The translations under genes and the position numbers were made by a program. DNA of 64,000 nt from Spirochaetota bacterium (GTDB taxonomy: Bacteria; Spirochaetota; UBA4802; UBA5550), in assembly GCA_029564515.1 (NCBI GenBank), contig JAKQPV010000026.1, forward strand, positions 38,807 through 102,806, given 5' to 3'. Position 1 is the stretch's first letter, and each line of letters starts with the position of its first letter. The notes below the pieces were generated by a model. The model saw only the letters and a program-made list of their open reading frames with translations, had not been told where the DNA came from and ran no database searches. This document shows positions 27,041-37,048 of this stretch, one piece after another.

Positions 27041-27280
27041 CAATAATATACATAAAAATTGTAAAATCGGCAATATTTCACTTACATTTTTTTTAAAAAA
27101 TTTTTTGGGGGCTATGATAATTAATCAAAAAAATGAGCCAAAATAGTGAAATTTTGAGAATCACAGCAAAGAGTCTGGAATGATTAAGGTGTCAGAGTAA
27201 TTTCTGTTTAGATTGTTTTCACCAGCAACGGGATCAGAGCAAATTGCAACTGTAATCAAATGCTCAGGACGCCTGAAGCG

Positions 27281-28321
27281 TTATTTATACACAGGAGCTA
27301 TTATGTAGGAATATTCTTTATTATTGAATGAGATAACCAGCTTCACGATCCTGTTCAGCGGGATAAAGATCTCTTTCATTTTAGGCTGGCGTATATTGTT
27401 CTCCCTGTCGTATCTCCCCTTACCGGGATTCAGCAGCCAGCGCTCTAGCCTGACCTGGTGGTACCGGTTCGGCTCGAGCATCAGCTTCATCTCGCGGGCC
27501 AGACCTGCCGGACCGGAATCGGTCCTGCCGCTTTCCACGCCGTCTATTATCACCTTGTAGAATATCATTTCCCTTTCTTCCTGCTCCGCTCCCCTGTCGT
27601 CAACGGCCTGTATGACCACGTTATACCCGTCCGGCTCCAGGAACTCGTAATCGGTCGCATACTGGTAAAGGCTCTTCCCGGTGCGTATGTCAATTACCTC
27701 GGTTTCCTCACCCGAGGTTACCAGCACCAGTCTCCTGTCAAGAACCTCGCGGATGCGAAGGGGCGCGTCAGCCCGCAGCGCCAGCGGTACGCTTATTTCA
27801 TTCAAGATTACCCGCGGACCGGAACCCGTCTTTGTCAGGATGAAACAATCCGCGCCATCAGAATAAAAATCGACAATATTCTCGACCCGGGACACCTCGC
27901 CGGGAGCCGCAGTGACCCTGAACAGCTCCCCTGCCGCGTCCGGCTCGTTCGGGGGAAGTGCAAGCAGATACCCGGCGCCGTCTCCGGCCATGAGTCTCGC
28001 CACGGTCCGTTCTGAACCACGGAACGGCAGCTTCCGCTCGAAACCGATCGATCCGGATTGGTATTCGATAAATCCAAGGTAGATGTCCCCATCCCCCTTT
28101 TCACTATGCACGGCGCAGTAATAGAGGCCGGAGGCTGCCTCGGCAGTGCGCAGAATCCTGCCCTCGACCGGGACCCTCTTCGCAGAATCGCCCCGGTACA
28201 AAAGCACCGCCCCCTCCTCGACCGCATGGCACATGTCACTGCCGTCCGCGGCGTATGTCACCGCCGACAGGGCCGAGAGACAGAGGCAGAGAACGACAGG
28301 AATGGTCTTATGCTTTTTCAA
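27281..28321 (-). CDS. Hypothetical exported protein
   Basis: Signal peptide (MKKHKTIPVVLCLCLSALSAVTYA); overlaps the end of the decarboxylase gene. Confidence 0.75.
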   Translation of the reverse strand: MKKHKTIPVVLCLCLSALSAVTYAADGSDMCHAVEEGAVLLYRGDSAKRVPVEGRILRTAEAASGLYYCAVHSEKGDGDIYLGFIEYQSGSIGFERKLPFRGSERTVARLMAGDGAGYLLALPPNEPDAAGELFRVTAAPGEVSRVENIVDFYSDGADCFILTKTGSGPRVILNEISVPLALRADAPLRIREVLDRRLVLVTSGEETEVIDIRTGKSLYQYATDYEFLEPDGYNVVIQAVDDRGAEQEEREMIFYKVIIDGVESGRTDSGPAGLAREMKLMLEPNRYHQVRLERWLLNPGKGRYDRENNIRQPKMKEIFIPLNRIVKLVISFNNKEYSYIIAPVYK

Positions 28322-30035
28322 GGCGGCTTTCGAACTGTGCTTTGTAGATTTTCTTGCCGAGAGTATTCTGGAGATCGAGGATCTCCCTGAGTATCTCGGG
28401 GGTCGTGAGCGGGTTGATGGTTATGGCCCGCAGTACGACGATGTCCTGGTAGAAGTAGAACGGAGCGTCAATCATTGTCCGTGAAACGAACGTATTATCA
28501 TCCTCGCGGAGTTCCTTGTGCAGCTCGATATTGAGGTCATTGAGCAGCAGGTTAATGTGATGGAGGCGCTGCAGCCACTTGTTCCGGGCCTGGTGGCCTG
28601 GCCCCTCGGGATTGACGCCGCTGATCTTCAACAATAACTTCTCGATTTTTTCCCGCACATCCTTGGGCACGAAACGATATATGAAAATAAACAGCTCGGG
28701 CTGGTTCATGGGCTCAAAGTTGCAGTGCACTTCAACCAGTCCGCGCAGGGCCGAGGTCAGCCCGAAGGCATGCTCGAAAAGCACCCGGAACCCATCGGTG
28801 CCGAGGATTTTCAGCGTGGCCCAGGGTTTCAGCGCAGCGAAGGGGCGCGAGCCCTCCACAGTGAACCGGCCGAGGTCCACGGAGTCCTGCCTGATGATAT
28901 AGTTGGAGAAGTGCTTCAGGTTGTTCAGGTCGGTTTCATTCCGGAAGAGCACCATGCCCATCGATGCCGGAGAATAGAGGAGCTTGTGCGCATCAACGGT
29001 GACCGAATCCGCATCCTGTATGCCGTTGAACAGGTATCGGAGCTGGTCTATAATGAGTACCGACCCGCCCCACGCCGCGTCCACGTGGAAATGGGCGCCG
29101 CACTGGTCGGCTATGCGCCTCATTTCCTGGAGATTGTCGATGTTCCCCGTCTCGGTCGTGCCGGCAATGCCGACAATGGCGATGATCTTGATCCTGTCCC
29201 TGCCGCGCTCGTTATGCTCCCTGATCTGGCGGCAGACATTCGCGAGCTCGTTGATGTCTATCTTGTTCTTGTTATTTACCGGTACCTTAATGACATTATC
29301 GTTTCCGATGCCGATGATCCGCGCCACCTTGTCTATCGAGTAATGGCCCCGCTTCGACACGATGATCACCGCTTTCCGGTAGCCGTAATGGAGCAATGCT
29401 TCATGGATACCGGCCTTGCGTATGCCCGGAAAATCCCCGTCAGGGGGAAAGGCCTTGTTGCGGGCGACCAGGAGCGCGGTAAGGTTGGCCATGGTGCCGT
29501 CGGTGGTGACGTTGCCGAGGGCCACTTCCCACTTCTGCATGAATGACTTGTAAAAACCGCTGCTCTTGTTGAATATGAGACGGTGCATCCACCCTATCAG
29601 CTCGCGCTCTACAAACGACGATGCCTTCGCGGACTCGATCTTGACCTGGTTCTGGTTCAACGCGGCGATGATCATCTCGAGAAGGATCATGAAATAGGGC
29701 ACGGCGCTTGTCATGTGCCCGATATAATACGGATTGCCGACTTTAACTGAGTGGGCAATGATCTTCTTTTTTATCTCGATGAGAACGTCTTTCAAGAGTT
29801 GCGGCCGTTTGGGGATGTTAACGTTTGAGAATAACTTCTCGAGTTCGGTGAGGGGTATGGAGCTGTGAATCCCTCCTTTTTCGGTAAAAAAATTATGGAT
29901 CAGGTCCAGCAGCTCGGAACCGAACTCGAGGAACTTGTCAGGCGAATCCGGCATGATGAACAGCTTTTTCAGCTGGTTCATATCGGGGATAATTATTCGT
30001 TTATCACCTGCTTTCTTTTTTATAAAGGTATACAT
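28308..30035 (-). CDS. panP: Group II PLP-dependent decarboxylase, PanP-like aspartate 1-decarboxylase
   Basis: YIGHMTSA, ALNQNQVKIESAKA, AGTTETG, HVDAAWGG, DAHK (PLP Lys), EGSRP; start uncertain (30035 has a GAGG RBS). Confidence 0.7.
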   Translation of the reverse strand: MYTFIKKKAGDKRIIIPDMNQLKKLFIMPDSPDKFLEFGSELLDLIHNFFTEKGGIHSSIPLTELEKLFSNVNIPKRPQLLKDVLIEIKKKIIAHSVKVGNPYYIGHMTSAVPYFMILLEMIIAALNQNQVKIESAKASSFVERELIGWMHRLIFNKSSGFYKSFMQKWEVALGNVTTDGTMANLTALLVARNKAFPPDGDFPGIRKAGIHEALLHYGYRKAVIIVSKRGHYSIDKVARIIGIGNDNVIKVPVNNKNKIDINELANVCRQIREHNERGRDRIKIIAIVGIAGTTETGNIDNLQEMRRIADQCGAHFHVDAAWGGSVLIIDQLRYLFNGIQDADSVTVDAHKLLYSPASMGMVLFRNETDLNNLKHFSNYIIRQDSVDLGRFTVEGSRPFAALKPWATLKILGTDGFRVLFEHAFGLTSALRGLVEVHCNFEPMNQPELFIFIYRFVPKDVREKIEKLLLKISGVNPEGPGHQARNKWLQRLHHINLLLNDLNIELHKELREDDNTFVSRTMIDAPFYFYQDIVVLRAITINPLTTPEILREILDLQNTLGKKIYKAQFESRLEKA

Positions 30036-30308
30036 TGCCCTCGTCTGTCCGTAAAGTATAACCAGATAGTTATCGGTAAAGCCATTTATCAAGCATTTAT
30101 TTGACCCTTTAATTCTTAATACAAACATTTTAATATGTAAATTTATATTGTCATATAATTAACTATTGAATATTTATTGAATCTTCAATGTAACAATAAT
30201 TTCGCCATGAATTCATAATACTGACTTTTTTCTATCCGGTTTTGGCATTTGTGACGATATGATTAATGTGGATTCGTACGGCCATACAACAAGGATGGAG
30301 TTGCAATC

Positions 30309-30611
30309 ATGGATGATATAAAAAACTGGAAATTTTCAAAAAGCGTTAGCCCCGAGGAAGTATCAGGATACCTGGAGCAATTAATGCTCCTTACGCCGGG
30401 CACATCAGTGACGTTCGACCTGAGTGACACCGTAAACATCCACTCGCATGTTATCGGCTTCCTAATCCACGCAAAGCACCATATGGAAAAAATCGGCGGG
30501 AAACTCACCATTATCCTGTCATTGACGGTCGAGAAAATACTAATCATGCTCAATATCAGGGAATATTTTTCACCTGATATCATGATGGCCCTCAACCGGA
30601 AAACAGCCTGA
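30309..30611 (+). CDS. STAS-like anti-sigma-factor antagonist
   Basis: FDLSDTVNIHSHVIGFLI...GGKLTI...VEKILIML matches the STAS pattern; GGAG RBS. Confidence 0.65.
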   Translation: MDDIKNWKFSKSVSPEEVSGYLEQLMLLTPGTSVTFDLSDTVNIHSHVIGFLIHAKHHMEKIGGKLTIILSLTVEKILIMLNIREYFSPDIMMALNRKTA

Positions 30612-30760
30612 CCGGAACGGTTCCTGGCCGGTGTATTCCCTGGTGTGACGGGAAATCCGTTGAGTTTGATCACGTTACCCGCCCCCCAATAAAATCATTG
30701 ACATGCTGCGGGTACATGAGAGTATAGTAAAATACTTAAATTCCAAATGCAGGTCACGCC

Positions 30761-31045
30761 ATGAAATTCAACGAACAACAGGTAGAAATGGTAACCGAGC
30801 TGATGAAATCCATCGCTCACCCCATTAGAATGAAAATCCTCTGCTTTCTCATGGATGGAGAAAAAAACGTCGGAGAAATCGAACAGCAATTCGGGTCCAC
30901 CATCTCCAACATTTCCCAGCACCTTACCGTCCTCAGGAAAGCCAATATCATTGATCGCAGAAAAGAAGCCAATTTCATGTTCTATTCCCTGAAGGACAAC
31001 AACATCCTGAAATTGATGGAGACATTAAAAAACAATTTTTGTTAG
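30761..31045 (+). CDS. ArsR/SmtB-family transcriptional regulator
   Basis: KSIAHPIRMKILCFL, EKNVGEI, SNISQHLTVLR, FYSL. Confidence 0.92.
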   Translation: MKFNEQQVEMVTELMKSIAHPIRMKILCFLMDGEKNVGEIEQQFGSTISNISQHLTVLRKANIIDRRKEANFMFYSLKDNNILKLMETLKNNFC

Positions 31046-32851
31046 ATGCGCAAACGCAATATTCTATTAATCGTTCTCCTGCTGCTTATCACGATAACCG
31101 CGTATCCCCAGCAGCGCTCACTGCAAATATCAGGCTTACGGAACTACACGGAGGACGAGCTCTTCGAAGCACTCAACCTTTACAGGTATGAGGACGGAGT
31201 CATGTCCGCGAAGGAGGTTGTCGACTCGATTATCTCTTTTTACGGCACTTCGGGATATACCCTTATCAAGGTATATGTGATCGAGAAAACCGACACCAGC
31301 CTCGAAATCTTCGTGGACGAGGGGGCGCTCGGAAAGATATTATTCCTCAACATGGATGATTTCACCACGATATACCTGAAAATCGCGTTCAGACTCAAAA
31401 ACAAGATATTCAACATCAACACTGTCACGGAGAACATTGAAAAGCTCAAGAAGGGAAAGCGCTGGAAGGAGATAACCTATGAACTGAAACCGGTGAGGGA
31501 GTACAACACGTCGTTATTCCAGCTGGACCGCGAGCTTAACCTGCCGCTTATCGGCAAAAAGCAGCTTCCCATATTCGACAAGTACCCCCCGAGATTCGAC
31601 CTGGTGGTGATTTTCTCGAAAAGCAACATTCCTGACAGCATCGATGACGACTCTCCTGACAGCAACAGAAAGGCCGATCTCGACAAGGCCATCCGGCAGA
31701 AGGAAGAGACCAAGGGCAAGAAGCTCATCCTGAATAAATTCGATTACGGCCTGAAACTGCATTTCTACAAGGGCTTCATTCCTTACCTCAAGTACTACCA
31801 GCTCGGCCTGTTGTCAAAAAGCGATTTCCTGATGGCGGAAACGTCCCTCGGCGTGATGTACGGTATCGACAGCAAGTTCAACAAGCCCCCGCGCATCACT
31901 TATTACAACCTGAACACGAACTACTTTTTCCCGCCGACCTTCAAGGACTTCTTCACACCGCACCTGAAGTTTGACCTCTTTTATTCCAAATCGGCCCGGC
32001 CCGACCTCGGCCTTCAGGAATATAATTTCCTGATCCTCAACGGCATGCTTGCTCCGGGGATAACACTGCTCAGGAAATTCAACATATACACAGGCTTCGG
32101 TGTTGAAACAGCCTTCCTGTTCAAGAACAAGGCATTTGACCTGAGCCTTCTCCAGAAAACGATCGAATTCATGTCTCTTACCATAAATCCGTATCCGCTG
32201 TTCAGCGGTAAGATCAAACAGGATGATATTCGGAACTACAGGGACCTGATGGAGGCAAAGTTCGGGAAAGACGAATGGCGCACCGATGTGTATAATTATC
32301 TGGAGGCGGGGATCATATACGATTTCAGCAAAAGAGGAAGATCGGTCTATGAACTCCGGAAAAACAGGCTCAAAAAAGAGATCGCGCTGGTATATAACTT
32401 CTATTTTCTGGAGAAAACATTCAACCAGCTACGGCTCCTTGGATACTTTGACCATGAATTCAAGGACCGGAGCATCTATTCCGGCGCCATATCTTACCAG
32501 CTGACCTTTTACAACCCGCCCTTTTACCAGGAAGGCTCCGTCAGCGGACCGGCCTTCAAGGGGTTCTACGGCATGTCCTATTTTTCGAAGAACGTGCTCG
32601 CAGTATCAAACGAGTACCGGATATCGGTATACCGTGATTTTCTGTATATCGGGGCATATTTTGACATGACCCTGTTCGACGGGTCAAAGCGGGACCTCAC
32701 CGGGGCGCAGTTCGGGTTCGTGGGCGGACCGACGATACGCGTTCTGCTGCTGGATCATTTCGAGCTATATCTTCAGTACGGTTGGGACTACCTGCTCTCC
32801 ACGAAGAAAAACCACGGGTACCTGTATTTCAACATATACAACAAGTGGTGA
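31046..32851 (+). CDS. POTRA-containing outer-membrane beta-barrel protein (Omp85/TpsB-like)
   Basis: Signal peptide; FYGTSGY...LEIFVDEG POTRA pattern; alternating aromatic strands; ends YFNIYNKW. Confidence 0.6.
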   Translation: MRKRNILLIVLLLLITITAYPQQRSLQISGLRNYTEDELFEALNLYRYEDGVMSAKEVVDSIISFYGTSGYTLIKVYVIEKTDTSLEIFVDEGALGKILFLNMDDFTTIYLKIAFRLKNKIFNINTVTENIEKLKKGKRWKEITYELKPVREYNTSLFQLDRELNLPLIGKKQLPIFDKYPPRFDLVVIFSKSNIPDSIDDDSPDSNRKADLDKAIRQKEETKGKKLILNKFDYGLKLHFYKGFIPYLKYYQLGLLSKSDFLMAETSLGVMYGIDSKFNKPPRITYYNLNTNYFFPPTFKDFFTPHLKFDLFYSKSARPDLGLQEYNFLILNGMLAPGITLLRKFNIYTGFGVETAFLFKNKAFDLSLLQKTIEFMSLTINPYPLFSGKIKQDDIRNYRDLMEAKFGKDEWRTDVYNYLEAGIIYDFSKRGRSVYELRKNRLKKEIALVYNFYFLEKTFNQLRLLGYFDHEFKDRSIYSGAISYQLTFYNPPFYQEGSVSGPAFKGFYGMSYFSKNVLAVSNEYRISVYRDFLYIGAYFDMTLFDGSKRDLTGAQFGFVGGPTIRVLLLDHFELYLQYGWDYLLSTKKNHGYLYFNIYNKW

Positions 32852-32857
32852 CGCGTG

Positions 32858-33679
32858 CTACCGGGGTTCTATGATGCGGTCCATTTTGAAATATCTCGTT
32901 TCCCCGCGAAGATAACAATAAGCAAGGACATAGACGTCTTCACCGACGGTAATGAATTCGCGCGGCTGAATCTTCCGAGTGGTAACCTTCCCCGCAGTGT
33001 CCATGTAGGTGATATCCACGGCCTCGCCAAGCTCTATCCCCCGTATCTTTTTACCCTTTATGTTGATCCGCTTCATCCGCTTGCCACCGCTCATCCGGAC
33101 AAAATCGCCATGATATTTTCTGAGGTCCGAGAGGCTCCAGCGGTTGTCCGGGTCTTCGCGGTGGATGACGTCGTTGAATATCGTCATGCAGCCACGCGCG
33201 TCCGGGCTTGCCCGGTGGTGCATGATCTCGTATCTCAGGAACCCGCATACCGTGTCAAGACGGTAATTGGGGAGGCCGGGGTATGCACGGCGCGAGAGCC
33301 TGACCGTATCAACAGAGATCATCTCGGGCACCGGCATGTCGTTCTTCCTGAACGCCTCCCTCAGAAACGATATATCGAACTCAGGGCAGTGGATTATCAG
33401 AAGCGAGCCCCGGATGAACTCGGCGATGTCGCCCAGGATGTCGCCGATCGGCGGGGATCCCTGCACCATCTCGTCCGTGATGCCGTGGATCCCGATCGTT
33501 TCCTGGGGGATCTTCATGCCCGGGTTCACCAGCGATTCAAAGGTGTCACGGGTCGCGTCACGCGTAAATCGTATGATTCCGACTTCGACGATCTCGTGAA
33601 AAGCCGGGTTGGTCCCGGTCGTTTCCAGGTCAAGCGCGCAGAACGTCATGTCGGATAATTTTTTTGACGAGTATTCCAT
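32858..33679 (-). CDS. DEDDh 3'-5' exonuclease (DnaQ-like) fused to a C-terminal WYL domain
   Basis: ALDLETTG, IHGIT, H...FD, HHRA..DA; then ITY...G.VTTRKIQP...YVLAYCYLRGETRYFKMDRI. Confidence 0.85.
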   Translation of the reverse strand: MEYSSKKLSDMTFCALDLETTGTNPAFHEIVEVGIIRFTRDATRDTFESLVNPGMKIPQETIGIHGITDEMVQGSPPIGDILGDIAEFIRGSLLIIHCPEFDISFLREAFRKNDMPVPEMISVDTVRLSRRAYPGLPNYRLDTVCGFLRYEIMHHRASPDARGCMTIFNDVIHREDPDNRWSLSDLRKYHGDFVRMSGGKRMKRINIKGKKIRGIELGEAVDITYMDTAGKVTTRKIQPREFITVGEDVYVLAYCYLRGETRYFKMDRIIEPR

Positions 33680-33684
33680 GCGAA

Positions 33685-34617
33685 TTAAAACGAACCGATC
33701 ATTTTTACTTCCGTCTCCAGCTCAATCCCGAATTTCTTCTGCACTGTTTCACGCACCAGGTCTATGAGCTCCCGTACGTCGCGGGACGTTGCGTTGTCAA
33801 TATTTATAATGAAATTCGTGTGCAGGGTGGATACCGCGGCGCCGCCGATCCGCGCGCCCTTGAGCCCCGCCTCGTCGATCAGCTTCCACGATGAATGGCC
33901 GTCCGGGTTTTTAAACACCGATCCGGCCGATGGATATTCGAGCGGGTGCTTCCCTTTCCGGTCCGCAAGGATATCCTCGACCCGTTCCCGGACCCTGCCG
34001 GGGTCCTCGGTGCGCGCCAGCCTGAAGCGGGCGCCGGTAACTATCGCCCCGGCGTCGATGTTCATATGACGGTACGAGGACATCGACCTGTCGATCTTCA
34101 CGGTGCGGGCATTCCCCTCGGCATCGACGATGTCTGCGTCGATGAGAATATCTACAAAGGACCCCATGTAGGTGCCCGCGTTCATCATGATCCCGCCGCC
34201 CATGCAGCCGGGTATCCCGGCCATGAACTCGACGCTACCGAAGCCGGAAGTTATGGCGAATTCAATGAACCGGTCCTTGCCCGCAATCGCATCCGTGTAC
34301 ACGCTTCCATCATCGAGAACCGATATCACTGCCGGACGCGCATCGTCCTCACACAGCCGCATGACTATACCGGCTATGCCGCGATCGCCCACAAGCAGGT
34401 TCGATCCGCCGCCGATGACTGTGAGGGGCACCCGCGCCTCCCGTGCGACGGACACGATACGGGCGACGCTCCGGTTGTCGCTCGGCATAACAAGCACATC
34501 GGCCGGTCCGCCGGTACGGAAGGTCGTGTGGCCCTTCAGGGGCTCGTGTTCAAAAACGCGCCCCCACTCGGACAGGGCGTCGATTATAGTGCGGGGTACT
34601 GCAGCGGTCTGCTCCAT
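33685..34617 (-). CDS. murB: UDP-N-acetylenolpyruvoylglucosamine reductase
   Basis: HTTFRTGGPA, GGGSNLLV, GIPG..GG...MNAG, PSAGSVFKNP, LETEV. Confidence 0.95.
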   Translation of the reverse strand: MEQTAAVPRTIIDALSEWGRVFEHEPLKGHTTFRTGGPADVLVMPSDNRSVARIVSVAREARVPLTVIGGGSNLLVGDRGIAGIVMRLCEDDARPAVISVLDDGSVYTDAIAGKDRFIEFAITSGFGSVEFMAGIPGCMGGGIMMNAGTYMGSFVDILIDADIVDAEGNARTVKIDRSMSSYRHMNIDAGAIVTGARFRLARTEDPGRVRERVEDILADRKGKHPLEYPSAGSVFKNPDGHSSWKLIDEAGLKGARIGGAAVSTLHTNFIINIDNATSRDVRELIDLVRETVQKKFGIELETEVKMIGSF

Positions 34618-34927
34618 GATAGGACCATATCCTTTCTCGCTCGTCGATGACGGATCTGCCGGGCTGTCCGAACCCCCGGGTGCCCCGGGGCTCCCGGAAT
34701 CCGTTTAAAATGAATTGACAGCCGTATAAAACTGTTTCATTTATTTGAAAACATCATCCAATGTCAATTATATTATCGTCAGGGGTGCGGCCCGTTCTGC
34801 TACCCCGTTATGGCACATCCCGGATGATGATTTTTCCGGACCAGCAAGCGGCAATCGCCATTTTAGGGCTGAAAATCGGTGAGTTTAGTGCCGATATTGT
34901 ATGTAAGAACAAATACGCGCAACCATT

Positions 34928-35452
34928 ATGAAAAAGACATCAAAGAAAGCCATAATTCCGGACCTTGCAGAGTACACGGATGAAGAGGGGAAAAAGTGGA
35001 TACAGACCTCCACCGATGACCTTTTTTCGATCAAAGAGCTCAACGAGATTCTCGAATCCATCGACAAGGGCGGCGATTCGGATGAAATAATCCTCGCACG
35101 CATCGACTTTCAGAAAGTAAACAAGGAATATTACGAGACAGCCATCAGGCTCCAGAAGAAGCTCAAACAGCAGACGGAGCTCCTCAAAAAGGTGGTCACA
35201 GACGCCCGGACGACGATCGAGAGAAAGAACAAAAAGCTCAGGGAGCTTATCGATTACATTAAAAAACTTCACACCCTGCTGGCACACCTGTCAGCAAGCG
35301 AGGACGACCTCCAGAAGCTGAAGGTCTCCCCGGAGATGCTCGTCAGGTCACTGGGAACCGCCTTCACCGACCGCGAAGAGACGGAAGAATCGTTCGAGCA
35401 GGTCGAGGAAATCGTGCTCCCCCTCGAAGCGAAAATCAACAAAATCAAATAG
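34928..35452 (+). CDS. Hypothetical coiled-coil protein
   Basis: 174-aa ORF rich in K/E/L heptads, in an otherwise empty gap. Confidence 0.7.
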   Translation: MKKTSKKAIIPDLAEYTDEEGKKWIQTSTDDLFSIKELNEILESIDKGGDSDEIILARIDFQKVNKEYYETAIRLQKKLKQQTELLKKVVTDARTTIERKNKKLRELIDYIKKLHTLLAHLSASEDDLQKLKVSPEMLVRSLGTAFTDREETEESFEQVEEIVLPLEAKINKIK

Positions 35453-35617
35453 ACCCCTTTTTTTCTCCCGGTAAAAAATGTTTGACAACAATCGCGGCTG
35501 ACAAATCACTACTCGTATCGGTTCTGCGGGCCGGCAACGGTCGGTGCAGGGCGTTTCGATAATCCATTCACGGTTCGGTCCCGGCACGGCGGCAGCATCC
35601 CGGGCAAGGAAGCGATA

Positions 35618-37048
35618 ATGACCCTACGAATTCACAACACACTCACGGGAATGGCGGAAGAAATCATTCCGGGCGGCGCGCACAGGGACAGTCCGGCCGA
35701 CTATCCTCCGGTTACCATATACTCCTGCGGTCCCACCGTGTACGGGTACGCGCATATCGGGAATTTCCGCACCTTTGTCTTCAACGACTTCCTGCGCCGG
35801 TACCTGAAATTCAGGGGATACAGGGTCGACCATGCGATGAACATCACCGATGTCGATGACAAGACCATCGCGGGAGCCAACAGCGAGAACATCACCCTCG
35901 CCGAGTATACCGCGCGCTACACCGCAATTTTCCTGGAGGATTTAAAGAAGCTCAACATCGAGCCTGTAGAACACATGCCGAGGGCGACCGAATCGATTGA
36001 CGCGATGATCGATATCATAGCCAGGCTCAAGGAAAAGGGCTTCGTGTATGACAAGGACGGCTCGCTCTATTTCAGCATTGCGCGGTTTGATGACTACGGC
36101 AAACTATCCCGCCTGGACGCGCGGGAGATCAAGACCGGCCTCCGGTACGATACCGACAATTATGAAAAGGACGACGTGCGCGACTTCGCACTCTGGAAAG
36201 CGCCGAAGGAGGGCGAGTTATCCTGGGACACGCCCTTCGGCGCCGGGAGGCCCGGGTGGCATATCGAATGCTCGGCAATGATCAGGAAAATATTCGGGAC
36301 GACCATTGACATCCATACGGGCGGCGTGGACCTTATCTTCCCTCACCATGAGAACGAGATCGCCCAGAGCGAGGCGGCCTACGGGGAGAAGTTCGTCAGG
36401 CATTGGATCCACGCCGAGCACCTCCTGGTAAACGGGTCTAAGATGTCGAAGTCGCTCGGAAACTTCTACACACTGCGCGACCTCCTGGACAAAGGACACT
36501 CGCCGCGCTCAATCCGCTATCTCCTCGTCTCCGCGCATTACCGGAAACAATACAACTTCACGCTCGAGGGGATCGGACAGGCCGACCAGGCCCTTGCCCG
36601 CATCGACAACCTGATCGTCAGGCTCAGGGACGTGAAAAAAGTCGGCCCGCTCGACCCGGCGATTCGGGACATGGCAGACAAAATGATCGCCGACTTCACC
36701 GAGGCGGTCGACGACGACCTGAACATTTCCCGCGGCCTGGGCGTTTTCTTCGAATTCGTCCATGACGTAAACACCCTTATCAATGAGGACAGGATCACCC
36801 GCACCGGCTGCGACGCCGTGCTTGACACGATGAAATCGCTCGACGCAGTGCTGGGCGTCATCTTTTTCGATGACCCCGCGGCCAAAGCGATCGATGGCTC
36901 ATGGGTGGAATCCATGATAGCCGAGCGCATAGCCGCAAAGAAGGACAAGAATTTCGCCCGGGCGGACGGTATACGGAAGCAGCTACTCGAGAAAGGCGTG
37001 GTACTCGAAGACACCAAAGAGGGAACGAGGTGGAAGACAAAGAACTGA
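35618..37048 (+). CDS. cysS: Cysteinyl-tRNA synthetase
   Basis: CGPTVY..AHIGN, DFALWK, GRPGWHIECS, FPHHENE, KMSKS. Confidence 0.97.
   Translation: MTLRIHNTLTGMAEEIIPGGAHRDSPADYPPVTIYSCGPTVYGYAHIGNFRTFVFNDFLRRYLKFRGYRVDHAMNITDVDDKTIAGANSENITLAEYTARYTAIFLEDLKKLNIEPVEHMPRATESIDAMIDIIARLKEKGFVYDKDGSLYFSIARFDDYGKLSRLDAREIKTGLRYDTDNYEKDDVRDFALWKAPKEGELSWDTPFGAGRPGWHIECSAMIRKIFGTTIDIHTGGVDLIFPHHENEIAQSEAAYGEKFVRHWIHAEHLLVNGSKMSKSLGNFYTLRDLLDKGHSPRSIRYLLVSAHYRKQYNFTLEGIGQADQALARIDNLIVRLRDVKKVGPLDPAIRDMADKMIADFTEAVDDDLNISRGLGVFFEFVHDVNTLINEDRITRTGCDAVLDTMKSLDAVLGVIFFDDPAAKAIDGSWVESMIAERIAAKKDKNFARADGIRKQLLEKGVVLEDTKEGTRWKTKN

Noticed and set aside
35453-35617. T-box leader upstream of cysS
   Set aside because: No GGTGGNACCGCG T-box sequence or terminator.
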